Shown here in pieces: positions 26,670 to 39,206 of a DNA stretch of 64,000 nucleotides. How positions within the stretch are numbered: position 1 is the stretch's first letter; the number at the start of each line of letters is the position of its first letter. A program made the position numbers and the translations under genes. The DNA comes from Octopus sinensis (taxonomy: Eukaryota). The stretch lies in contig NC_043014.1 in NCBI RefSeq assembly GCF_006345805.1, positions 33,914,001 through 33,978,000 on the forward strand, read 5' to 3'. The notes under the pieces were generated by a model. It did no database searches. It worked only from the letters and a program-made list of their open reading frames with translations, and was not told the origin of the DNA.

Positions 26670-27580
26670 AATATATAATGTATATGTGTGTATAAATATA
26701 TATATATTTATATATATGTAATGTATGTGTATATAATGTATATATATACACACATAATGTATATATATGTATATAATGCATATAAATGTTATATAATGTA
26801 TATATATAAATATATTTATATACACATAATACATATATGCGTGTGTGTGTGTGTGTTTGTGTATGTGCATATACCCCTTTTTTTCCCAAAAATCTCATCT
26901 CCTCATTATATAACCATGAAATTAATTAACTGTCGGTCTCATGAGGTTTTGATTGTATAGCTGGTCTTGTTGTTGCTGTTGTTGTTGCGTGGGGTGGGGG
27001 TCATGGATTAAATAGACATAGAAAGAAAAAAAAAGAAAGAAAGTAAGAACAAGAGTTTAACATATCACATGAAATCAAATATCTTTAAGGGTTGCCAATT
27101 ATGTATATATATTCCTCATAACAAGTTTATTAGGGCTAAAATTTATTAGGGCTAAAATTGTGCTCACGATGCATTGCTGGAGTTGGTGTGGTACCATGTT
27201 CGTTGTGGGGGTGGCTGATTCAGCCGGGGTTAAGCACAAGTAATATAGGTCAGTTTATAACTGTTTTATGTTTTATTTTTTTTTATTTTGATTTAATATA
27301 TACTTGCTTTTATTTCTTTTTAGTTCATTTAAAAACATTGTTTTTTTTTTATTTTTACTGCATAAATTTTTTTTGTGAGTTTTTAAAGACAGCAGGAGGT
27401 AGTAACAGTTAAAAAAAGGAGCTTAACTCTTTAGCACTTAATGGATAACTCAGTTCAGCCAAACCTGACCCCTATACAAAAAGAACACCTGTTTGATCAA
27501 TCAAGTCCTACCTGGCCTTGTTGGCATGTTACCTTGATCAGTCTCTCTCTCATATTCTCTCTCTCACACACACACACAAA
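25170..27580. repeat. About 1.1-1.3 kb tandem duplication (two diverged copies)
   Basis: gaaactctcttacac at 25201 and 26517; ggataactcagttca at 26355 and 27444; the same unique sequence between microsatellites of different length. Confidence 0.9.
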
Positions 27581-27828
27581 TTACACAGTAATTCCATGTT
27601 TTATTTTAATTCCATTACAGTCAAGTATTTATGTGAATTCATCAATACACCTCAAACCATCATCATCAGCATTTAACATGCTCCTTAACATGCTTTGCAT
27701 GGGTCAGACAGAATTTATTGAAACAAATTTTGTATACTGCTAAGTATTTTGCCCATCAGGCTAACGATTCTGCCAACCTGCTGTCTTAGTGCTTAGCTAT
27801 GAATGCTGAGGGGAGGAAAATAACTTAC

Positions 27829-27947
27829 TCAAGAACTGGATAAAGTTGGGTTTGACACTGACATCATCGGTGCTTGAACCTCCAGCTGTGGAACTTCCAA
27901 TACCTTCTGAGCTGATTACAGGATCACATGAGGAATCATGACTTAGC
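27829..27947 (-). CDS. PROSER3: PROSER3-like exon (LSHDSSCDPVISSEGIGSSTAGG...FIQFL-N)
   Basis: Acceptor tttttgcag|, donor TGA|gtaagt, 119 nt, phase 2 to 1. SSxPVISSEGxGS resembles a recalled PROSER3 block. Confidence 0.75.
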
Positions 27948-28293
27948 CTGCAAAAATACACAGGCACAAGCACAAAATATACACACGGAAAAAATAAACA
28001 AATTATAGAGGCATGAGATACAAATACGAAATATACAAATCATCATCATCATCATGAGGAAGAGGAGGAGGAGAATGTGGAGAAGGAGGTGGAGGAGGGG
28101 GTAGAAGAAGAAGAAGATCCCACAAAATATGCAGGCACAAAACAAAATCTACAGCTTATGGATCAAACATCCAAACCTGTAATGGTTCCAGGCTTAGTCC
28201 CACTGCATGGCACCTTGGGCAAGTGTATTCTACTATAGCCTCAGGCCAACCAAAGCCTTGTGAGTGGATTTGGTAGACGGAAACTGAAAGAAG

Positions 28294-28327
<34 letters not shown>

Positions 28328-28971
28328 GCCTTGAATAGTCCTTTTACATACTGAACACTACTTGGTGAAATTAATTAATAATTAATTGATTTTACCCTTA
28401 ATCATTGATAATACAATTCCTTTCTCCCTGTTCTTTTACTGCGGTTCTCACCGTTATAATCTGTTTACTCAATAACTCACGTGGATGGAAGCAGGAAGAA
28501 CATGAATCTTCACTCGTACTGTTTGAATTTGCTGGCACTGGCAGCTTGGAGATGTTTGTCTGAGGTGATTCATGTCGGACAGGTATGTTCAGTATTTTAG
28601 TGCTTTCAAATCCAAATTAAGAAATGTTGAGCTGACAAAAGAAATGTCGAGTTTTAATTCGACTAATCTAGAAACGTGAGCGTTCTCAAATAATCTTTGT
28701 ACATGTGATATTTTAGTGTTTTCCCTCCATATCTACGTGAAATATTTTTGAGTAAACACTATCTGGGAGACTCTTCTTAAAGTAGTAGAAATGGCTAAAA
28801 AAACTTTTTGGCTGCTATTTCTAAAAATTTCAGTATGTGGCAAAGTAAATTATTTTACTGAGCACTAATTATATAATGTAATATTTTGAATACACCTTGA
28901 ATGGTCCTTTTACATACTGAACACTACTTGGTGAAATTATTTAATAATTAATTGATTTTACCCTTAATCAT

Positions 28972-29024
<53 letters not shown>

Positions 29025-31014
29025 ATATATTATTTGTACGTATTTGTGCATTTGTGCCTGTGTTTGTCCCCCTACCATAGCTTAGCGGTTCAGCAAAAGA
29101 GACCGATAGAATAAGTACTAGGCTTACAAAGAATAAGTCCTAGGGTTGATTTGTTTGACCAAGAGCCAGTGCTCCAGCATGGCTGCAGTCAAAATGACTG
29201 AAATGAGTAAAAACTGTGTTTGACAAGTCTCTTAACCCCTTGGGGGTTGTTGAGGCACTACAGCCATACGGCGTATCTAGTGTGAGAAAGCCTGGTGGAG
29301 CCCACCCTTCTCCAAACTAAACTTATTTCTACTGCTGAGTGGATATGAAATGAAGAGTTTGTTCAAGAACACAATGGATTGCCTGTCCAAGGATTGAAAC
29401 TACAATCTTATGGTCATGAATCCAACACCCTAACCACTAAGCAATGCGCCTCCACTAGTAGTACTCGTTTCTACAGCTAAGTGGACTGGAGCAACATGAA
29501 GTGAAGTGTTTTCGCTCAAGAACACAATGCATTGCTCGGTCCAGGAATCAATATCCCAATCTTATGACTTTGAGGCCAATACCTCTGACCATTAAGCCAA
29601 GCACCTCCACAAACTGTGCCATCTATATGTTAATCCTTTCACAGGACGGCCAGCTGTGTTTGCCTTGGATCATAGGGTGATCCGCTGTGCTTGAGGAGAC
29701 CTATTGAATCAAGTACATCAACATCAAAAATCAAATAGAAATTGTAGTTGTGATACCTGTACCGGTGGCATGTAAAAAGCACCATTCGAATGTGGCCGAT
29801 GCCAGCGCCACCTTGACTGGCTTCCGTGCCGGTGGCACATAAAAAGCACCAACCGATCGATATATGATAGAAGTATCCTATATTACTGGTAACCACTACC
29901 ACATATAACTATTCTAATGATAAACCCTATAGTTTGATACACTGACCCTTTCATAGGCATTTTTTATTTGTTCTTTTATTTATTGCCTCCTTCTCCCTGA
30001 TCCACCCCTATTTCCTTCCCCTTCCTCTCTCAAACTGATATTCATCACTGACCATGCTTCTCTCCCTTTTTTGCCATTTACTGCATCACGTATATCCCTA
30101 AATCCTTACCTTGAACCGTCTTACCTCACCTCACACTCTTGTGAACTTGCTAGATCCTATGTCTCTATTCTTACCACCTATTCTTATTCCCCACCACCCT
30201 CACATTCACCGTCTTATTTCTTATTTCTTTACTGCCCACAAGGGGCTAAACATAGAGGGGACAAACAAGGACAGATAAACAGATTAAGTTGATTACATCG
30301 ACCCTTAATTTATCGACCCAGAAAGGATGAAAGGCAAAGTCAACCTTGGTGGAATCGGAACTCAGAACATAACAGCAGACGAAATACCACTAAGCATGTC
30401 GCCTGGCATGCTAACGTTTCTGCCAGCTCACCGCCTTGTACTATGCACATCCACCCTCTTGTACCATGAGAGAATATCTTGACACCTCATCACTACAATC
30501 TTCTCTCCTTTTCCAGCTGGGATAGCCATGTATCTCCCCTACAGCAAGACACCTGTTCCCATTCCTGTATCATGTTCTTGTCTTTCAATATCAGGCATAA
30601 ACCACTTACCTGAATATTACACCTGCTCAATCAAGGGATTTTGTTTCAACTTGTGGAGCACTTGGTGAGCTCACTAAAGCCAGTGACACAAAAAAAAGTA
30701 CCAAGTACACTCTATAAAATGGTTGGCATTAGGAAGGGCATTCAGCTTTAGAAACCATGCTGAAACAGACTGAATGCAATCCTCTAACTTGTCGAATTCT
30801 TTCAAATCATCCAACCCAGGCCAGCATGGAAAGAGATGTTACATGATGATGATGGGGGAGGGGGGAGTGAGGGGTGATGAAGAAGATGATGATGATGATG
30901 TCAGTGGATGTAAGATGGATGAAAGCTGAGCAATAGCAGCCAAAGTGTGGACCAATGAAATAGGAAATCAAGAAAAAAACAAATATATAAATTTATAAAT
31001 TTTTTAAGACTTAC

Positions 31015-31058
31015 TCAACAGAAGGAGTAGGAGATGCTGGCCTCTCATAGTCAAGGGC
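31015..31058 (-). CDS. PROSER3: PROSER3-like small exon (ALDYERPASPTPSV-E)
   Basis: Acceptor tattttgcag|, donor GA|gtaagt, 44 nt, phase 0 to 2. Supplies the phase needed between the flanking exons. Confidence 0.7.
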
Positions 31059-31448
31059 CTGCAAAATAATAGGAATTAGGCTCTAAATGAAGAACAATGA
31101 CAGGAGGAGAAGGAAGAGGATATCAACATTACAACCAAAAGGAACCTCTACATGACTGTTCAACCTACCATGAATAGCAACCAAATTTCCCTCAAATCAC
31201 ATACTACCATCTTTAAAAAAAAATGAAAGATATATCGGATGATCTAACTATAGATTTACTAATAAGCTCACTGCTGGAATAATTTTGATCACACATCCAC
31301 TCGATCAGGCTGAACTGGTTGTTAAGTGCTGTTTGAGGAAGATTAGGAAGATATTTCCAGCAGGTTGGGCAACTACATAGAGTCCACCCATACTTTATAA
31401 ACTGTTTTATGGTTGCTTTGTTTTGTTACAGAAATCATAAGAACATAC

Positions 31449-31603
31449 CATTCCAGTTGGTGAAATCAGATTATCATCAGAGCTGTCTTTAAGACCGTTC
31501 CGTTTTTGCCTCCTCCAGTCTGCAAGCAGATCCTCTCTGTTGCTGTGCTCATGGAATGGCCTTTCTGGTGTTTCCAATTGTTCAAACTGAAACTGGTCTT
31601 GCT
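31449..31603 (-). CDS. PROSER3: PROSER3-like exon (QDQFQFEQ...EDLLADWRRQKR...SPTGM)
   Basis: Acceptor ttgccattcag|, donor ATG|gtatgt, 155 nt, phase 1 to 0. Contains a DLLxxWRxxxR motif. Confidence 0.75.
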
Positions 31604-32911
31604 CTGAATGGCAACAAGCAAAGAAATAAACCATTAATATTATAAACACTTTTTATTGACAAGTTCTTGATAAAACACCACCCTATTCCATCTTTATCAT
31701 GGTTATTTGTGTTGCTGAAACATTATTTTTTTCAGAGACGATGGTACACTTCAGTGACAAAATGCAGGAATTTGTGAAAATCTAAATAGTGGTACAAAAT
31801 GCGTAAGCAGAGAGTAAATTTAATAATTGTACTCTACAATATATATCATCATCATCATCATCATCGTCGTTTAACGTCTGTTTTCCATACTAGCATAGGT
31901 TGGACAGTTTGACTGTGGGCTGGCAAACCAGATGGCTGCACCAGGCTCCAGTCTTGATCTGGCAGAGTTTCTACAGTTGGATGCCCTTCCTAATGCCAAC
32001 CACTCCGAGAGTGTAATGGATGCTTTTACATGGGAGGGGGGGGGTGCCCCAGGAAATCATGGGATAAAGTACTTAAGAACGACCTCAGGACATTGAACCT
32101 TTCAGACAAGATGACAAAGGACCAAAATGTCTGGATCCTTACTGTACCCAAGAAGACCCGTATCCCACAGCAGAAGTGATAAGGTCGTTCCCTCTGGTGA
32201 AGATGACTGGCATCCAGCCGTAGAAACCCTGCCAAATCAGACTGAAGCTGGGGTGCAGCTCTCCAGCTTGCCAGCTCTGGTCAAACTGTCCAACTCATGC
32301 CAGCATGGACAATGGACATTTAATGACAATGATGATGATATATATATATGTATAGGTGCAGGCAGTAGTAACAGGCAACCAAGACCTTTGGCGATATGCC
32401 ATGGTTGTGTAGATCTTTCAAACCAAGTGAGACCGTAGTCATGGCCGCTGCTGGTGTCAGGTCATTAGCACCCATCCCAGTGGCATGTAAAAAGACACCC
32501 ACTACACTCTTGGGGTGGTTGACATTAGGTAGGGCATCTGGCCATAGAAACCTTGCCAAATCAGACTGGAACCTGGTGCAGACTCCTGGCTTAGCAGTTT
32601 TCAGTCAAACCATCCAACCCATGCCAACATAGAAAGCAGACATGTGATGATGATGATGATGATGATGGATGTGTGTGTGTGTCTTTTGTGTCTCTGTTTG
32701 TTCCAATACTACTGCCTGACAACCAGTGTTGGTATGTTTACATCCCCATAACTTAGCAGTTTGACAAAAGAGACCAGTGAAATAAATACTAGGTTTTAAA
32801 AATAAGTCCTGGGGTCGATTTGTTTGGCTAAAAACCCTTCAATCAGACTGCATGCCCAGTCAAATGACTGAAACAAATAACAGATAAAAGACATATGCAC
32901 ACACACACATA

Positions 32912-32943
<32 letters not shown>

Positions 32944-32947
32944 CATA

Positions 32948-32976
<29 letters not shown>

Positions 32977-32979
<3 letters not shown>

Positions 32980-33308
32980 AAGGTGCATGGCTCAGTGGTT
33001 AGAGTGTCGAGCTTACGATCGTGAGGTTGTGAGTCTGAATCCCGGACCGGGCTGTGTGTTGTGTTCTTGAGCAAGACACTTTATTTCACGTTGCTCCAGT
33101 TCACTCAGCTGTAGAGTTGCAACGTCACAGGTGCCAAGCTGTATCGGCCCCTTAGCCTTTCTCTAGGATAAAATCAGTGGTGTGGAGAGGGGAGGCCGGT
33201 ATGCATGGGCGACTGCTGATCTTCCATAACAACCTCACCCGGACTTGTGCCTGAGAGGGTAACTTTCAAGGTGCAATCCCATGGTCAGTCATGACCAAAG
33301 GGGGTCTC
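32977..33308 (+). mobile_element. tRNA-derived SINE family C (second copy about 7716-8050, minus)
   Basis: Head ggctcagtggttagag...gagtctgaatcccgg, CORE-like ttcttgagcaagacacttt, near-identical inverse copy at 7.7-8.05 kb. Confidence 0.8.
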
Positions 33309-33514
33309 AGCATATATATATATATAATATAATTAGAGGATAAAATCATTAAAATTAATGAATTTCATCAGTGGTTACTGTATAAAAACCTTTCAAGTAA
33401 AATACATTTATGAAGATATATAATTATGTAGTGGGAATATATATTCAGTACCAGGTGTTGATATGGCTGCGTGTATATTATTACAAGAGTACATACAGAG
33501 ATGAAGAATAAATT

Positions 33515-33772
33515 CTAAACTTTGCCCAAGCAATTCTTATTCTAATGGTAACACTCTCTGAGCATCTACCTCCACTACTAACTTGGTCACCTAGGTAGCA
33601 GAAGCTATCAACTACTTCTAGTTTCTTCCCCTGGAGTGTGATCGAATCTGTTTTCTGAGCACCTGTGGTGTTTATTGCCCCTGTGCATCTGCCGCACATG
33701 AAAGCTATCTTCCCAACTAATCTTCTTTTGATATTGCTGCACCTCTTATGTGTCCATAGCTTAAACTGGGTA
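33515..33772 (-). mobile_element. Degenerate RTE LINE fragment
   Basis: CGRCTGAIN...LEVVDSFCYLGDQVSSGG...RIAWAKFR, highly similar to the ORF at 11400-11585. Confidence 0.85.
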
Positions 33773-34244
33773 ATATATTCATACTATATATACATATATA
33801 TACACACACACAAGTGGTCAAGGGTCTTTTAATATAACCCCACACCAACTAATGCCTTTCAAGTGGAATTGGTATACAGAAACTGTACAGAAGCCTGTGG
33901 CATGCGTGTGTGTGGAGGGTATGATAGGTTACCTTCGGTTTCTGCCTATAAATCCTCTCACAAGGCTTTGGTCAGCCCAGCTCTGTAGTAGAAGACACAT
34001 GCCAATGGGGCCATGCCATGAGACTGAAATCGAAATGATATGGTTGGGAGAGAAACTTTTTAACCACACAGCTCACACACACAAACACACTTATTCTTTT
34101 ACTGGTTTCATTCACTCAACTGTGATCACACTGAGGTGCTGTTACTGTTTTTTTTTTTAAATCTATTTTTTTTATTCCTTATAGCATGGTTCAGATGAAA
34201 CTTTGTTACACCAATGGATTATATTTTTCTGGTAATCTCCCTTC

Positions 34245-34703
34245 CAGCGCTGCGACTTCTTGTGCAGTTTTCAACCTCTTATTTGTGTGAATTTGGATTT
34301 TCAGCCCTGACAATCATCAAGCACAATTGCTGTCTGTGGAAGATGAACTTCGTGTGTGTCTATCAAAAACACGACCCAATCTTAAAAAGTATTGCAAGAA
34401 ACACCAGGCTCAAGTTTCTCATTGAGTTTTTGATGAGAATAAATGTAATCTATTCAAACTAAAGTTTTTTTAATACATGTTTTAATAATAACTGTAGAGG
34501 CAAGAATAAAATTGCATATGTACGTGACAATTTTTTTTACAGTTTGTGTTTTTATTGTAGATAAATCTGAACATGAGTATTTTCATTGCATTAATTAAAT
34601 GCTGTTTTTTGCATAAGACAATTAAATTATTGCACAGGGGTTCCTCGATCCAGTGGCATGTTTCCTTGGGGTTCCGCTCCAGCAAAAAGGTTGCAAAGCA
34701 CTG
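34245..34703 (+). mobile_element. hAT (Buster/Charlie-like) transposon 3' fragment
   Basis: Encodes ALRLLVQFSTSYLCEFGFSAL...VEDELRVCLSKTRP...HQAQVSH* (hAT C-terminal dimerisation region, frameshifted). Ends in aggttgcaaagcactg followed by gactataa (NNNTANNN-type site). Confidence 0.8.
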
Positions 34704-36052
34704 GACTATAAATCCTCTCCCAAGGCTTTGTTCAGCCCAGCTCTGTTGTAGAAGGCACATGCCAAGGGGCCATGCAGTGAGACTGAAACCAAAACGATAT
34801 GGTTGGGAGAGAAACTTTTTAACCACGCAGCTCACACACACAAACACACTTATTCTTTTACTGGTTTCATTCACTCAACTGTAATCACACTGAGGTGCTG
34901 TTACTGATTTTTTTTTAATCTATTTTTTTTTTATTCCTTATAGCATGGTTCAGATGAAACTTTGTTACACCAATAGATTACATTTTTCTGGTAATCTCCC
35001 TTCCAACCACAAGTCATTAAAACAGGAAGTTCGAACATAGCCAGACTATGAAAATTAATTTATAAAATTTATAAAAAATGAATTTAAATAAGTAAAAAAA
35101 AATGCTTCCAAACTAATGTTTCTCTCATTGATATTTAATAGTGCACCTGGTGTGAAGCTGAACCAAAACTGTACTTGTTGACTCATATTGCTTAACACAG
35201 CACAGCATGAAAGTTCTATGGGTCTTTTTTTTATTTCTCTTTTACTGGAGCAGCGATGTAAGAAGTCATAAGGAATTCCTATTGCAAGGTGGTGAAATCT
35301 AATTGAAAAAGTGGTGCTAATATTGATGTGGGAGCTCCTCCTCCTTTACAATGATTTTTGTCATCAAATCTCACCGCATGCTTTATTTAAAAGCAATTTT
35401 AAACTTCCTGTGATTTCAGATTTTAAAAAGGACATTTTCAATGCAGTTTGTGAGCAAATTTCAGAACATTTTTCACTTTGAAACACCCACAACCATGCTC
35501 ACACCATCACATACAGAGTTCAAATAGGTTGTGTATAGGGTGAGAGTGAGGACATGAGTGAACGTGAGACATAATTGTGTAGTTAAAAATTTGCTTCACA
35601 ATCATGAGATTCATGGTTCAATCCCACTACACAACACATTGGGTAAGTGTCTTTTACTATAGCCCTAAGCAGACCAATGCCTTATCAGTGAATATGATAG
35701 ACGGAATCAGCTGAAAATTGTATGGATACACTTTGCCAACCTTCACCTGTTTCTAAGCAAGGTCGTATATCCTAGTAGTCAGTCATATTTTCCATGAAAG
35801 ACTAGAAACAAACATCATCACTTGCACAATGCCATGCACATTTACATCTATTACATGATCTCAAAGCAAAAGTTACACACGCAAACACACATAATGGGCT
35901 TCTCTCCGGAGATATTAGCCTAAGAAGCCTTACTGTGGGACTGAACTCAAAATACTGAAGTTGGAAAGCAAAGTTTTAATCACATGGACATGCCTGCACC
36001 TATAGCTATGACTGCGATAAATATATATATATGTATATATATATATATAGAT

Positions 36053-36094
<42 letters not shown>

Positions 36095-36195
36095 ACAAAG
36101 GGTAAAATTAATTAATTAAGAAGTAATCAATAATTTCACCAAGTAGAGTTCAGCATGAAAAAAGACCATTTACGGAATATATATATAATAAAAAG

Positions 36196-36446
36196 AAATG
36201 CACCCTCTTAAACCCTAGCCAGGCTCATGGGTCCGGTTTCCCGGTTTCTATGGTGTATGTGTTTCCCAGCTGGACGGGACGCCAGTCCATCGCAGCGTTA
36301 CTCATTTTTGCCAGCTGAGTGGACTGGAGCAACATAAAATGAAGTGTTTTGCTCAAGAACACAACGCGTCGCCTGGTCCAGGAATTGAAACCGCAATCTT
36401 ACGATCATGGTGCTAACACCCTAACCACTGAGCCACGCGCCTCCAC
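36196..36446 (-). mobile_element. tRNA-derived SINE family E with CORE-like and V-domain-like blocks
   Basis: Minus strand: gtggaggcgcgtggctcagtggttagg head, ttcttgagcaaaacactt, then gcgatggactggcgtcccgtccag (V-SINE-like, recalled). Confidence 0.7.
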
Positions 36447-37245
36447 TTATATACATATATATATTATATTATATTATATATATTCATCATCATCATCATT
36501 GTTTAACATCTGTTTTCCCTGCTAGCATGGGTTGGACGGTTCGACCGGGTTCTGGGAAGCCAGGAGGCTGCACCAGGTTCCAGTAGATATATATATAATA
36601 TTATATATATATTATATTAGTATATTATATTAGTAAATACTAAGAGATTACTCCAAAACATTTACAAGTTCACTCTCAGTTAGGTATTTAAAATAGGTTA
36701 TTCAACAGTTAATATATAAATCCAATAATGTTCTTATAAGATAAGAATTTAGAGATATATTCTGTTGGATAATTCTGAATATATTACTTTGAATAATATA
36801 AATACAATAATAACGAGCACTCAGAGAGTACAAACCTCCGCCAAGACAACACCAACGTCCTCTCAATGATTAGCCGGAAATGATTTTTAAAATGAGAATA
36901 TATGAAATAAACTCGACTGCTCTCACAAATGAGAATGAACCTGACTGCTCTCAAAAATTAAGTAAAAAAAACTAGAAAAATAATCTAGAATCCTTGTCCA
37001 GTACTGGATTGATCCCAAAATCTAATCAGATTGTGCCAGTTATGAGGCCAAACATCCCTGAAAGTTATATATATATATATGCAGCTGGGCTGCTACTGGT
37101 CAATACTGATCAATATCAACAACACCATGTGATCTGCCTTGACCTATAGCAACCCAATTTCCAGCAGTCATCTTGAACTTCTCCAGCTAGGTTTGTTTGA
37201 CAAACCCACAAAACTTTAATTGCATGGAAGCAAATCAAAGTGTTC

Positions 37246-37292
<47 letters not shown>

Positions 37293-37534
37293 TACGGAGA
37301 TGTACTTGCATAGCAAGTAACCTGATCTGAGGTCGTGTGCTGGAACGAAAACAATTGCAGCGTGGAAGGTGTTTATAAGCCATTTAAAAAACACACAAAA
37401 ACCGTTAGATTCACTTCAACATTTAAATTTAATTTGTCAAAATATTTTAGTCGCTTTGAGACTGAGACCTGCTCACTGATAAAATTCTGTGTTTTTTTTT
37501 ATAAACACCTTCCATGCTGCAATTGTGTATATAT

Positions 37535-37908
37535 ATCATCATCATCATCATCATCATCGTTTAACGTCCGTTTCCCACGCTAGCATGGGTTGGACGGTTC
37601 GACCAGGGTCTGGGAAGCCAGGGGCTGCACCAGGCTCCACTCTGATCTGGCAGTGTTTCTACAGCTGGATGCCCTTCCTAACACCAACCACTCTGCGAGT
37701 GTAGTGGGTGCTTTTTATGTGCCACCGGCACAGGTGCCAGGGGAGTCTGGCATCGGCCACGACTGGTTGGTGCTTTTAACTTGCCACCGGCACGGAAGCC
37801 AGTCAAGGCGGCGCTGGCATCAGCCACGTTCGGATGGTGCTTTTTATGTGCCACCAGCACAGAAGCCAGTCGAGGCGACGCTGGTATCGGCCAGGTTCGG
37901 ATGGTGCT
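37535..37908 (-). mobile_element. RTE 3'-UTR-derived short copy (representative of many, e.g. 16424, 29650, 32030, 36485, 39210, 44880, 47158)
   Basis: Reverse complement of the LINE 3' UTR and (GAT)n tail. Confidence 0.8.
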
Positions 37909-37933
37909 TTATATATATATAATATATATATAT

Positions 37934-37971
<38 letters not shown>

Positions 37972-38535
37972 TATATATATACACACACACATACACAAGC
38001 TCAGTATGGCTGTGTGGTTAAAAAGTTTGCTTCCCAGCCATGTAGTTCCAAGTTCAGATTAACTGTACAGCATTTTGTGCATGTTGTCTACACCAGCCCT
38101 GGGCCAACCAAAGCCAGATACTGAAAAATGTGTATGTATGTAGGTGTGCGTGCATATGTACACACATGTTTGTATGTGTTTATGTGTTTCCACATTTGTG
38201 CTTCTGCTAAATTCACCAAATTACAAGCAGTGACAACTGCTAACAAATTGTTCACTGGCACTGCACCTTCTAAAGGCCTGTAGAATAAGAGATACCTTAC
38301 TTGAAAAATGTGATAGAGCTAATAGGAAGAAAGATGTACACCTGTAAAACAATGCCTCACTTACAGGTTCATCTAACCCATGTTAACATGAAGACACGGA
38401 CAAAAAAATAGGCACAGAAAATGGACACAAAAATGGACACAGAAAGAAAAATGGATAGACAGATAGATATAAATATACAGAACTACGTGCACAAACATAT
38501 TTTCTGCTAACCATTGACACAGCCATTCAACTAAC

Positions 38536-38615
38536 CTGGTGAGTCCCTTCCAGAGTAGCTTCTAACAAGAGCGGAGTTGTTTCTTGAAATATACTTTGGT
38601 GGTTTGGCATAAAGT
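38536..38615 (-). CDS. PROSER3: PROSER3-like exon (LYAKPPKYISRNNSALVRSYSGRDSP-E)
   Basis: Acceptor gctttcag|, donor CAG|gttagt, 80 nt, phase 2 to 1, completing the frame chain. No family motif in it. Confidence 0.6.
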
Positions 38616-38832
38616 CTGAAAGCATGTACAATAAATAAATAAATAAATAACTGGTCAATCGTTAGTGAAATCTGAGGATGTTGATCATTTCATGAAAAAT
38701 ATTCATGCAATCTTGTATTACATATTGTGAATGGAAAATAATATATATCTCGCTTTCATAATTGGTTTGCAAGATTCTTATGTGAACTCAAATGTTGAAA
38801 CAGATTTTGTTGTAGCTTAAGAGAGTCACTGT

Positions 38833-38864
<32 letters not shown>

Positions 38865-39111
38865 TTTAATGTTCACTTTCCACGCTAGCATGGATTGAAT
38901 GGTCTGACAGGATCCAGCGAGCCAGAGGACTGTGCCAAGTTCTACTAATTATGACAACACTAAACACATGCAATAGTTTAATTTCACTTCTTTCATCATT
39001 ATTAATCAATTTGTTAACATTTAATCAATTAACTAATCAAATACCCCATTCTACTATAGGTACAAGGTTTGAAAGTTTGGGAAAAGGGGCTAGTCAATTA
39101 TATTAAACCCT

Positions 39112-39206
39112 ACCGCATATGGCGTAGTGTTTAAGAGCGAGGGCTACTAACCCCAAGATTCCGAGTTCGATTCCAAGCAGTTACCTGAACAACAACAACA
39201 ACAACG
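39112..39206 (+). mobile_element. Short tRNA-like SINE with (AAC)n tail
   Basis: tggcgtagtgtttaag (A box) ... gagttcgattcc (B box), then a caa repeat. Confidence 0.6.

Noticed and set aside
28470-28590. Strong-looking donors on both strands (ccac|gtgagt minus, acag|gtatgt plus)
   Set aside because: An in-frame stop precedes the minus frame with no good acceptor, and the segment lies inside a putative mobile element.
37116-37210. Possible minus exon (acctag|CTGGAGAAG...TATAG|gtcaag)
   Set aside because: Weak donor, and its phases (1 to 2 in the open frame) would break the otherwise complete chain.
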